Shown one piece after another: positions 1 through 7,963 of a stretch of DNA of 13,602 nucleotides. Location of the stretch: contig JBDLIE010000068.1 of assembly GCA_039715015.1 (NCBI GenBank), positions 1 through 13,602 of the forward strand. The letters are read 5' to 3'. The DNA comes from Thermodesulfobacteriota bacterium (GTDB taxonomy: Bacteria; Desulfobacterota; Desulfobulbia; Desulfobulbales; SURF-16). Positions within the stretch are counted from its first letter, which is position 1; each line of letters starts with the position of its first letter. The position numbers were made by a program, and so were the translations under genes. The notes under the pieces are model-generated. The model ran no database searches and was not told the origin of the DNA. It worked only from the letters and a program-made list of their open reading frames with translations.

Positions 1-190
1 CGATGAGATAACCATTAAGGTCATGGAGATCAAAGGCGGCCAGGTCAAGATAGGGGTTGAGGCCCCGCACCATGTCAGCATCCACCGCAACGAGGTCTAT
101 GATCGGATTGTTGAAGAAAATAAAAAGGCCGCCCTGGAGGCTCCGGCAGACCTTTCTTCCCTTGCAGATATTTTCAAGGATCATCCCTGA
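1..190 (+). CDS. csrA: Carbon storage regulator CsrA, 5'-truncated by the window edge
   Basis: Frame from nt 2 reads DEITIKVMEIKGGQVKIGVEAPHHVSIHRNEVYDRIVEENKKAALEAPADLSSLADIFKDHP* (TGA 188-190). It has the CsrA motif 'QVKIGxxAPxxVxIHRxE' and lies directly upstream of fliW. Not in the ORF track. Confidence 0.95.
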   Translation, partial: DEITIKVMEIKGGQVKIGVEAPHHVSIHRNEVYDRIVEENKKAALEAPADLSSLADIFKDHP

Positions 191-256
191 TGACCGATAC
201 GACTATGAATGAAGCATTCCCACCTCAACGAATTCAAGCAGACGGGTAAGAAAGTT

Positions 257-730
257 ATGAGTGCAGCAGTACAAGAACAGGTGGACAATACTATTTTAAA
301 AGTTCAGACCAGCCGTTTCGGAGAGATTGAGGTGGAGGCGGATAAGATTATCACCATGACCGCGCCCTTTCTCGGCTTTCCAGACTCCAACCGTTTTATC
401 ATGCGGCCCCATGGCGACAAATCACCCTTCATGTGGTTCCAATCCATAGATGACCCGGAACTCGCCTTTGTGGTAATCCCTTCAGCCGCCCTTATTCCCC
501 AGTACACCCCAAATGTTCCGGCCTCTACTCAAGATGACCTGCAAACAAACGGCAGCAAGCCTGAGCTGCTCCTCATCCTCACCATTCCCGAAGGCAAACC
601 CTTGGAGATGACAGCCAACCTTCTGGGGCCTGTTGTCCTCAATGCTGATAAACGCCTGGCCTGCCAAATCCTTCTTGACCCCACTGTCTACGAGATACAC
701 TGGCCTGTCTTCACCGAAACTGAGAAATAA
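257..730 (+). CDS. fliW: Flagellar assembly factor FliW (CsrA antagonist)
   Basis: Motifs 'TSRFGEIEV', 'GFP', 'PFMWFQSIDDPELAFVV', 'MTANLLGPVVLN'. ATG 257 is preferred over in-frame ATG 209 because it is closer to the conserved region; start uncertain. Confidence 0.93.
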   Translation: MSAAVQEQVDNTILKVQTSRFGEIEVEADKIITMTAPFLGFPDSNRFIMRPHGDKSPFMWFQSIDDPELAFVVIPSAALIPQYTPNVPASTQDDLQTNGSKPELLLILTIPEGKPLEMTANLLGPVVLNADKRLACQILLDPTVYEIHWPVFTETEK

Positions 731-923
731 CACCCTGCGACAAGCTCAGAGACCGGTCTCTGCAGCCATTGTTAAGCACAATGCGCAGGGCCGGGCCCCT
801 GCAAATCAAACCGTCATGCAGCCATGGGGATCAATGACTGGCGGTAGTTTGAGAGAAAAGATAGTGTGGCCGGAGCGACCATACAGGAAACCGCCCTTTC
901 CTCTCTAATTCGTGATGAACCAC

Positions 924-965
924 AAAAAGGGGGCTGATTCAACTTAATGAATCAGCCCCCTTTTT
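924..965. terminator. Bidirectional intrinsic terminator between convergent fliW and flgM
   Basis: Perfect inverted repeat aaaaagggggctgattca-acttaa-tgaatcagcccccttttt with an A-tract on the left and a T-tract on the right. Confidence 0.88.
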
Positions 966-986
966 CTATTCTATATCTAAGAAAAA

Positions 987-1295
987 CTAGTTTTCGAAAA
1001 TGCCCTCATCAACAAGCCAACTGCTTAACATTTTATCAGCGATCTCATGGCTGGGTACGTTGTACTCACCATTTTCAATCTGCCTCTTCAGGGTGGCAAC
1101 CATTTCCGTCCGCACAGAGGGAGTATTTGCTAAGATTTCACGCATCTTCTGCATATCCTTGGTACCGTTGGAAATTTCGACCTTGTCACCTGTCGTCTCT
1201 CCGGCTGGGGCCTGGGCCTGTTCTGCCTGCTGGGCCTTTTTCACCTCTACTTTTGTATCCGTCCGTACCTGGGATATGGCATCTGTCAGCTTCAT
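987..1295 (-). CDS. flgM: Anti-sigma28 factor FlgM
   Basis: 102 aa, low-complexity N-half, then 'DKVEIS', 'VRTEMVATLKRQIENGEYNV', 'IADKML', matching the FlgM C-terminal pattern. SD-like GGGAG before the ATG and a sigma28 promoter upstream. Confidence 0.9.
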   Translation of the reverse strand: MKLTDAISQVRTDTKVEVKKAQQAEQAQAPAGETTGDKVEISNGTKDMQKMREILANTPSVRTEMVATLKRQIENGEYNVPSHEIADKMLSSWLVDEGIFEN

Positions 1296-1413
1296 GACTG
1301 GCTCCCGACCTTTTTTTCGTTCAGTCCAAATTAATAAGATGGGAAATATGAACCATCACAACCGATGATTCATTGGCGAACCACTATACACATTTCACCA
1401 CTATCTAACCAGT

Positions 1414-1440
1414 CTATCGACCCAGGCAAAAAAAACTTTA
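1414..1440 (-). promoter_or_regulatory. Sigma28 (FliA) promoter for flgM
   Basis: Minus strand reads TAAAGTTT-N11-GTCGATAG versus consensus TAAAGTTT-N11-GCCGATAA, about 120 bp upstream of the flgM start. Confidence 0.82.
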
Positions 1441-1487
1441 ACTTTTTTTAAAAAAAATTACAACGCCTACAGAACTAGCAGCATTCA

Positions 1488-1516
1488 TTGCACAATAACT
1501 GTCTGATTGGTACAAT
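1488..1516 (+). promoter_or_regulatory. Sigma70 promoter for polA
   Basis: TTGCAC (1488-1493), 17-bp spacer, TACAAT (1511-1516), with an extended -10 TGn. Confidence 0.7.
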
Positions 1517-1602
1517 CGGCCTTTCTTTTAGTCGCCTGAAAATTATTTTTCAAAGTGGCTTTTACTCATTTCTCACCACTTACTCTTTCCTCTGTGATCA
1601 CC

Positions 1603-4275
1603 ATGCCGACCCCTGTCTACCTCGTGGATGGCAGCGCCTATATTTACCGGGCCTACCACGCTATCACGCCACTCACTAACAGCAAAGGCCTTGCCACCCA
1701 TGCCTCCTTGGGTTTTATCAACACCCTGCTGCGGGTGATCCGGGAAAAGTCTCCAAGCCATATGGCCGTTGCCTTTGACATGAAAGGCCCCACCTTCCGG
1801 CATCAGATTTACAGTGATTACAAGGCCAACAGGCCTGCCATGCCGGATGATCTCTCCTGCCAGATCCCCTACATTCATGCCCTGGTGGCGGCCCACAATA
1901 TCCCCATTTTAATTGAGGAAGGGGTGGAGGCCGACGACCTCATCGCCTCGGCAGCCCGGGCCTTAAGCAAACAGGGCCACGAGGTCATTATTGTCTCCGG
2001 CGACAAGGACCTTCTTCAGCTCGTTACCGGCGAAATCACGGCCTGGGAGCCCATGAAGGATGTCGTCATGGACCAGGATTTCATCCGCCAGAAGTATGAC
2101 ATTGCCCCGGAGCTTCTCCTCGATTTCTTTGCTCTCATCGGCGACAAATCAGATAATATCCCCGGCGTTGCCGGGGTTGGCCCTAAAACAGCCGCCAAAC
2201 TCCTTGCCGAGCATGGCAGTTTAGACAACCTTCTTGCCAATCTTGATCGGCTCAAAAAGTCAAAACTTAAAGACAATCTCATCGCCAACAAAGAACTTGC
2301 CCTGCTTTCTCGCACTCTGATTGACCTTAAAGACGACCTTGATGTCCCGCAAACCCTGGGCCAGTATGAGGTAAAGGATCCTGACACGCCAGAGCTGCAG
2401 CGTCTTTATAAAGAACTTGAATTCAACAAACTTCTTAAAGAAACAGGTCCGACCGCCCATTTTGACCCAAAAAACTTTCAACTCCTGACGACACTCCAAG
2501 AACTTGCCAAGCTCGCTGAAAAAATCGCCCAAAGCCCCCTTCTGGTGATTGATACGGAAACCACCTCCCTTGACCCCCTGGATGCCGAACTGGTGGGCGT
2601 CTCGCTGGCCATTAGCACCGACAAGGCTTGGTATATCCCCATTGCCCACCGAGACGATGATGACAAGCTTCTGGCAGGCCAGCTTGAACTGGCCGAGGTA
2701 ATAAAACATCTCGGCCCCCTGCTTGCCGATCCCAACATCACCACCATTGCCCACAATATCAAATATGATCTACGTATTCTGGCCCATCACGGCATGGAGC
2801 TGACAGGGCCACTCTTTGATACCATGATCGCCTCCTACCTCCTTGAGCCGGGACGCCGCTCCCATAAGCTTGATGATCTCAGCCTGGAAATTCTTGATAT
2901 GGGGATGACCTCCTTTAGCCAAGTGACGGGGAGGGACAAACGGCCCAACGCCTTTGCCTATGTGGGCCTGGAGGAGGCGTGCAACTATTCCTGCGAGGAT
3001 GTTGCCGGCACCCTCCTTCTCTGGAAGGAACTCCATCCCCAGCTCAACAAAATCGGCTGCTGGCAACTTTTCACTGATATAGAGATGGCCCTTGTCCCCA
3101 TTCTTGCTGAGATGGAAGAAAACGGCATCCTCACCGATCCCGAAATTCTCAAGCGTCTCTCTGTTGAGTTCAGCTCCCTCATTCACGATCTGGAACGCAC
3201 CATCCACGGCTTAGCCGGTGAAGAGTTCAACATCAATTCCCCCAAACAGCTGGGCGTCATTCTTTTTGAAAAGCTGGAGCTGCCCCACGGTAAGAAGACC
3301 AAGACCGGCTATTCCACCGACGTCAAGGTGCTTGAAAAACTGGCATCCTACCACGACCTGCCAGCTGCGGTGCTCAACTACCGTTCCCTGACCAAATTAA
3401 AATCCACCTATGTCGAGGCCCTTCAGGAACAGATCCATCCTAAAACAGGCAGAATCCACACCTCGTTTAACCAGAGTGTGGCCGCCACCGGACGGCTGTC
3501 GAGCTCCAACCCCAATCTGCAGAACATCCCTATTCGCAGCGAAGAGGGCCAGCGGATCAGAGAGGCTTTCATCGCACCGCCCGACCACTTTTTTCTGGCC
3601 GCGGACTACTCCCAAATCGACCTCCGTGTTCTGGCCCATTATTCCCAGGATGAGACCCTGCTCAAGGCCTTTAACAGCGGCCAGGATATCCATAGCCAGA
3701 CCGCAGGAGAGATCTTTCGGGTCAGCCCTCTGCTGATCACACCACAGATGCGGCGGGTGGCCAAATCGATCAATTTTGGCATTGTCTACGGCATGAGCGC
3801 CTTTGGCCTTTCAAACCAGCTACGCATCAGCAGGAAAGAGGCCCAGACCTTCATTGACCGTTATTTCGATCATTATAAAGGGGTGCAAAAATATATGGAG
3901 GAGATGGTGGCCCAGGCCAGAGAGGATGGCTATGTCACTACTCTCTTAGGGCGGCGCCGCAACCTGCCGGAAATTAAAACCAGTAATAAAACACGGCGGG
4001 AGTTTGCCGAACGTACCGCCATCAACAGCCCCATCCAGGGCACTGCTGCCGACATTATAAAACTGGCCACCATCAAAGCCCATGCCGTACTGCAGAAAAA
4101 AAAGATGGCTGCCAAGCTGCTGCTCCAGATCCATGACGAACTTGTTTTCGAGGTGCCGGCACCTGAATTTGCTGAAACAGCCAAGCTGGTCAAAGAGGCC
4201 ATGGAGTCCGTGCTTGAGCTTGACGTGCCGCTGCTCGTCAACATTTCTCAAGGGGTGAACCTGGCAAAGGCTTGA
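1603..4275 (+). CDS. polA: DNA polymerase I (5'-3' exonuclease, 3'-5' exonuclease, polymerase)
   Basis: 'LVDGSAYIYRAYHA', 'EADD', 'GDKD', 'GDKSDNIPGV'; Exo I/II/III 'DTETT', 'HNIKYD', 'YSCED'; 'TGRLSSSNPNLQNIP', motif A 'DYSQIDLR', motif B 'RRVAKSINFGIVYG', motif C 'QIHDELVFE'. ATG 1603 is preferred over GTG 1555. Confidence 0.98.
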   Translation: MPTPVYLVDGSAYIYRAYHAITPLTNSKGLATHASLGFINTLLRVIREKSPSHMAVAFDMKGPTFRHQIYSDYKANRPAMPDDLSCQIPYIHALVAAHNIPILIEEGVEADDLIASAARALSKQGHEVIIVSGDKDLLQLVTGEITAWEPMKDVVMDQDFIRQKYDIAPELLLDFFALIGDKSDNIPGVAGVGPKTAAKLLAEHGSLDNLLANLDRLKKSKLKDNLIANKELALLSRTLIDLKDDLDVPQTLGQYEVKDPDTPELQRLYKELEFNKLLKETGPTAHFDPKNFQLLTTLQELAKLAEKIAQSPLLVIDTETTSLDPLDAELVGVSLAISTDKAWYIPIAHRDDDDKLLAGQLELAEVIKHLGPLLADPNITTIAHNIKYDLRILAHHGMELTGPLFDTMIASYLLEPGRRSHKLDDLSLEILDMGMTSFSQVTGRDKRPNAFAYVGLEEACNYSCEDVAGTLLLWKELHPQLNKIGCWQLFTDIEMALVPILAEMEENGILTDPEILKRLSVEFSSLIHDLERTIHGLAGEEFNINSPKQLGVILFEKLELPHGKKTKTGYSTDVKVLEKLASYHDLPAAVLNYRSLTKLKSTYVEALQEQIHPKTGRIHTSFNQSVAATGRLSSSNPNLQNIPIRSEEGQRIREAFIAPPDHFFLAADYSQIDLRVLAHYSQDETLLKAFNSGQDIHSQTAGEIFRVSPLLITPQMRRVAKSINFGIVYGMSAFGLSNQLRISRKEAQTFIDRYFDHYKGVQKYMEEMVAQAREDGYVTTLLGRRRNLPEIKTSNKTRREFAERTAINSPIQGTAADIIKLATIKAHAVLQKKKMAAKLLLQIHDELVFEVPAPEFAETAKLVKEAMESVLELDVPLLVNISQGVNLAKA

Positions 4276-4465
4276 GGGCATCCTGAACAATTGTCTTTTT
4301 CACCGATAGCTGCGCTGCAGCCCAGAGAAAGTAACAATGCTCGCATATACCTCAAATGCTGCGTTCCCGTAGGAGATAAGCGCAGACTCCGAATACCCTT
4401 GGGGTGCTTATTAATTTCTCTGCTTCTTGCTCTAGGCGAAAAATCCTAATTATTCAAGACATCCT
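4275..4465. repeat. ~190-bp imperfect palindromic intergenic element (MITE/REP-like) with an internal ~40-bp insert
   Basis: Nested arm pairs: agggcatcctgaacaattg / taattattcaagacatcct; tttttcaccgatagc / gctctaggcgaaaaa; cagagaaagtaacaa / ttattaatttctctg; centre gcat...atgc. Segment ~4364-4406 has no partner in the opposite arm. Confidence 0.65.
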
Positions 4466-4559
4466 TGATGAAATAGCCTGAGTTGTGTACAAAACGTCAT
4501 ATTCCATGGGCGCTTAAAAAAGCGCCTGCTTATTTCAAGTTTGTGTAAGGATAGAAAAT

Positions 4560-6440
4560 ATGCTCGAATTTCTGCGTAAACAGGCCCAATCTCCAGTCAT
4601 GCAGGCCCTCATTGTTATCATTGCCATGGTCTTTATTTTCTTTGGTACCAATATGGGCGATAGCAACAAGCGCGATGCCGTGGCCACGGTTAATGGCGAA
4701 GCCATCGGCCTTGCTGACTACAGCAGAGAATATACCCGCATGGTTGATAGCCTGCGCGAACAGTTTGGCGGCACCCTCCCGAAAAACCTCATTAAAAGCC
4801 TGGGCATTAAAGATCAGGTCCTCCAACGTCTTATCCAGCAGACCCTGCTGGTCCAAGGCGCCCAACGCATGGGAATTTACGTCAGCAACTGGGAGATGCA
4901 GGAAGAAATCAAAAACCAGCCCTACTTCCAGGTTGATGGCAAATTTGACAATGCCCGTTATAAGCAGCTTCTTGCCCAGAACAAAATGGCCCCTAAGCAG
5001 TATGAGGAAAGTCTGCGCCTTGAACTTCTTGGCCGCAAGGTCAATACGCGCCTCACTGATTTTGCCGTCCTCACCGACTGGGAAATCGACCAGCGCTTTG
5101 CCTTTAACAACAATGAAATAAAACTGGCATATTACAAACTGCAGGCCTCTGATTTCAGCAACGATGTCACAGTGAGTGCCGATGACCTTGCTGCCTATTT
5201 TGACCAGCACAAGGAGGAATATAAGAGTGCCCCCCAGGTCAAAATAAAATATCTCGCCTTTCCCGTGGCCAAGGCCATGGAGACGATGACCATTACCGAT
5301 GCTGAGATCAGCGGCTATTACCAAACAAACATCAGCACCTACCAAGTCCCTGAAAAACGGGCTGCCCGCCATATCCTCTTTAAGACCGACGGCACCAATG
5401 ACGAGGCCCAGAAAACCAAGGCCGAAGATGTCCTAAAAAAAATCAAGGCTGGTGGTGATTTTGCGGAACTTGCCAAAGAATTCTCCGACGATCCCGGTTC
5501 AGCTTCTCGGGGCGGAGATCTGGGGACATTCAGCCGCGGCCAGATGGTGCCCGCCTTTGACGAGGCTGTTTTCACCATGGCCCAAAGCGAAATCAGCGAC
5601 CTGATCAAGACCAGGTTTGGTTATCATATTATTGAGGTTCAGGATATTGCCCCGGCCAAGACCACCCCTCTGGAGGAGGTTAAGGAGACAATCCAACGCA
5701 CCCTCAAACAACAGCAGGCCAAGGATAAGGCCTTTGAGAACGCCAATAGCGCCTACGAAAAAATCTTTCAGACCGGCAGCCTGGACAAGTATAGCCAGCA
5801 GGAGAGCATTACCCTGGAAGAGACCTCCTTTTTCAACCAGGCCACGCCCCCTGCTGATTTGGCCGGCAAGCCGCGCCTGCTTGCCCAGGCCTTCAGTCTG
5901 GTTAAAGGCGACCTGAGCTCCCTTATTGAAGAACCCGGCGGTTATTACATTATCTTTATTGACGATTTTGTCGAACCAATTGTTCCTGCCCTTGATGCGG
6001 TCAAAAAAGAGGTGACTGCCGATTTCAAGGCAGCCAAAAGCAGCGAACTTGCCCAGGCCAAGGCCCAGGAAATTCTTGCCGCTTGTAAAGGAGGCACTGA
6101 GTTCAAACAGGCAGTTAGCCAGGCTGGAGGCAAGGTTCAGGTTTCCCCCTGGTTCTCCAGAACAAAACGTGGAGTCAGCACATTGCCAGACGCCATCAGC
6201 AGCCAGGGCCTCGCCTTAAGCAAGGCTACCCCCTATCCCGAGGCTGTAGGTATCGACGGTAACGCCTTTTATGTTTACCGCTTTCAGGAAAAGCGGGCCT
6301 CTGAATCATCAAACGGCCAGGCCAAGGAGAGCTTCACCGCTTCCCTGCGCCAGGAAAAGCAAATGGCCACCCTGGAAAGCTGGCTTAACTATATGATGGA
6401 GACCGGCGACATTACCACCAACAAGCAACTCCTTGAATAA
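4560..6440 (+). CDS. ppiD: Membrane-anchored periplasmic chaperone / parvulin PPIase (PpiD family, SurA N-terminal domain)
   Basis: 626 aa; 'MLEFLRK' plus N-terminal TM helix; 'VATVNGEAI'; parvulin motifs 'ARHILF', 'FAELAKEFSDDPGSASRGGDLG', 'MVPAFDEAVF', 'TRFGYHII'. Confidence 0.9.
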   Translation: MLEFLRKQAQSPVMQALIVIIAMVFIFFGTNMGDSNKRDAVATVNGEAIGLADYSREYTRMVDSLREQFGGTLPKNLIKSLGIKDQVLQRLIQQTLLVQGAQRMGIYVSNWEMQEEIKNQPYFQVDGKFDNARYKQLLAQNKMAPKQYEESLRLELLGRKVNTRLTDFAVLTDWEIDQRFAFNNNEIKLAYYKLQASDFSNDVTVSADDLAAYFDQHKEEYKSAPQVKIKYLAFPVAKAMETMTITDAEISGYYQTNISTYQVPEKRAARHILFKTDGTNDEAQKTKAEDVLKKIKAGGDFAELAKEFSDDPGSASRGGDLGTFSRGQMVPAFDEAVFTMAQSEISDLIKTRFGYHIIEVQDIAPAKTTPLEEVKETIQRTLKQQQAKDKAFENANSAYEKIFQTGSLDKYSQQESITLEETSFFNQATPPADLAGKPRLLAQAFSLVKGDLSSLIEEPGGYYIIFIDDFVEPIVPALDAVKKEVTADFKAAKSSELAQAKAQEILAACKGGTEFKQAVSQAGGKVQVSPWFSRTKRGVSTLPDAISSQGLALSKATPYPEAVGIDGNAFYVYRFQEKRASESSNGQAKESFTASLRQEKQMATLESWLNYMMETGDITTNKQLLE

Positions 6441-6469
6441 CAGCTTGCCCTTGTAGGACACAGGAAAGA

Positions 6470-6513
6470 CCCATAAAAAAAGCGCTGGAGTGATCCAGCG
6501 CTTTTTTTATGGG
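6470..6513. terminator. Intrinsic terminator after ppiD
   Basis: Perfect 20-bp stem cccataaaaaaagcgctgga-gtga-tccagcgctttttttatggg containing a T7 tract. Confidence 0.88.
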
Positions 6514-6845
6514 CCAAGCATGTTTGTTGAAAACAATTTCCTATCACTTCATTGCTGACATTTTTAGGCCCAAAAAGTGACGATTATGGTCACATCGTGA
6601 CGAATCCTTTTGCCCTTCAATTTTTACAACTATTAAAAATTGGAGGACCCGCAAAAACTTTTTCTCAACCCAGGGGGGGTAAAGAACGCAAAGTTTTACT
6701 TTTTAATGAGTCATCAAATCTAAAAAAAATACTAAAAACATCTTTTGGGCATGAATATTGGATTTAGCCAATAAGGTGACTATTTTGGGGGTCTGTTTTT
6801 TGGCGATACAAAGTCAAAATTAAATTTAAGAAGGAGGTAATTAAA

Positions 6846-7316
6846 ATGAAAACAAAAAGTTTAACTACTAGTTTTATGCTCTTGTTCAGTGTCGCTCTTG
6901 CTTTTGGAGTAACAGGCTGTGTATGTAGTAATATGAACGGCGGGGGCACCCTTGAAACGGCTACGGAGAAAAAAGCAACGTTTGCGTTCCAGATCAAGTG
7001 TGACGACTCTTCCGAGGTGCCTGTGGCCTCTGGCATGCTGCAATTTAATGATCACAGTGAAGGCATAAAGTTTCACGCTGCTGTTGATAGTTGCGATTGG
7101 ACAACTGAAACGGAAGGTACATTTTATGGTACATATACTCCCCAACCTAAAAAACTTGGAAAAGGAGGCAATTTTGCCATTACTTTACAGGATGGAGGTA
7201 ATGGCAAAGCAGGTATTTCAGGTGATTTTGCCTCAATTACACTTACTGGCGGCATCTATAATGGCTACTCCATTAGCGGCAACCTGTCAGGTGGAAACAT
7301 TAAGGCCAAAAAGTAA
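6846..7316 (+). CDS. Hypothetical exported beta-rich protein, probable lipoprotein
   Basis: Strong SD AAGGAGGT; basic N-terminus, hydrophobic stretch and lipobox VTG-C; mature part 'GGG...KATFAF...GMLQFNDH...D...D...LSGGNIK'. AT-rich relative to the flanks and followed by its own terminator. Confidence 0.8.
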   Translation: MKTKSLTTSFMLLFSVALAFGVTGCVCSNMNGGGTLETATEKKATFAFQIKCDDSSEVPVASGMLQFNDHSEGIKFHAAVDSCDWTTETEGTFYGTYTPQPKKLGKGGNFAITLQDGGNGKAGISGDFASITLTGGIYNGYSISGNLSGGNIKAKK

Positions 7317-7369
7317 AAACCTGAATAATCTTAATGCATAAAGAATTGTTACTCTAACAATTCCAAAAA

Positions 7370-7624
7370 TTAAAAGGCGATTGAAGATTTTTCTTCAATC
7401 GCCTTTTTTTTAATTACTGAAAAAGGGATCAGGCCTGCTTGAGCGAACTCAAGCTCCAGGGCAAAGAGTTCATCGTAGTGGCAGCCTACCTTGATGATCG
7501 TTTTTTTGCCCTTGAACCTGGCAACCGACACCGTATGTTTGCGGCTGCAGGCAGAACAGCGCACCACCATGCAACCGCTATCGTCCACAGGCACGGCCAG
7601 GAGCTTGACGCCTCCCCCAGCCAT
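7370..7624 (-). pseudogene. Degenerate Zn-ribbon-like gene fragment
   Basis: 'VVRCSACSRKHTVSVARFKGKKTIIKVGCHYDELFALELEF' has one CxxC pair and a decayed second pair (CHYD where CxCG is expected). The frame then runs into the AT-rich terminator. Confidence 0.45.
7372..7411. terminator. Intrinsic terminator (possibly bidirectional) after the lipoprotein gene
   Basis: aaaaggcgattgaaga-tttt-tcttcaatcgcctttt(tttt), between convergent units. Confidence 0.85.
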
Positions 7625-7630
7625 GGCAGT

Positions 7631-7954
7631 CTAGTCCTCGCCCTGACCAGGGCCCCAGTGATGATCATGACCGAAACGGTTCATCCACCAGTCCTCGTCA
7701 TCCACCTCCAAGTCAGATTCAGACATCACCAAGGGGAACTCATAGGACTCGCAGTAGGTAAGAAGGGCCTGGTATGCCTCGGTGATCTGCTGGGTTTTAG
7801 CGCGGTTTTTCTCACTTTCACCGGCCAGATCAGGGTGATATTTTTTGGTGAGATGCCGGAAAACAGTCTTGATCTCACTCAGGGTTGCCCGGTCCCCCAA
7901 GTCAAAAAGTTCCTTGGCGTCTTTTATCTTTAACCACTGCCTCTTGCTGACCAT
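7631..7954 (-). CDS. Small J-domain (DnaJ-like, class III) protein
   Basis: 107 aa, 'ATLSEIKTVFRHLTKKYHPD...QQITEAYQAL' with the HPD motif and a short acidic/aromatic tail 'DEDWWMNRFGHDHHWG'; 9 bp after the plsY stop. Confidence 0.88.
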   Translation of the reverse strand: MVSKRQWLKIKDAKELFDLGDRATLSEIKTVFRHLTKKYHPDLAGESEKNRAKTQQITEAYQALLTYCESYEFPLVMSESDLEVDDEDWWMNRFGHDHHWGPGQGED

Positions 7955-7963
7955 TTCTCTTTC

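Noticed and set aside
633..1368. Plus-strand ORFs 633-908, 947-1297 and 1000-1368
   Set aside because: They overlap fliW, the terminator or flgM (antisense) and have no protein-like features.
1513..1539. Second sigma28-like promoter on the minus strand (TCAG-N15-GCCGATTG)
   Set aside because: Poorer match than 1414-1440 and it overlaps the polA -10; cannot be told apart from chance.
6640..6715. Possible c-di-GMP-I riboswitch (gcaaa...acgcaaag)
   Set aside because: Lacks the GAAA tetraloop stem and the downstream receptor helix; only a weak AT-rich hairpin.
7439..7933. 164-aa plus-strand ORF
   Set aside because: Antisense to the J-domain gene and the Zn-ribbon fragment; no start context.
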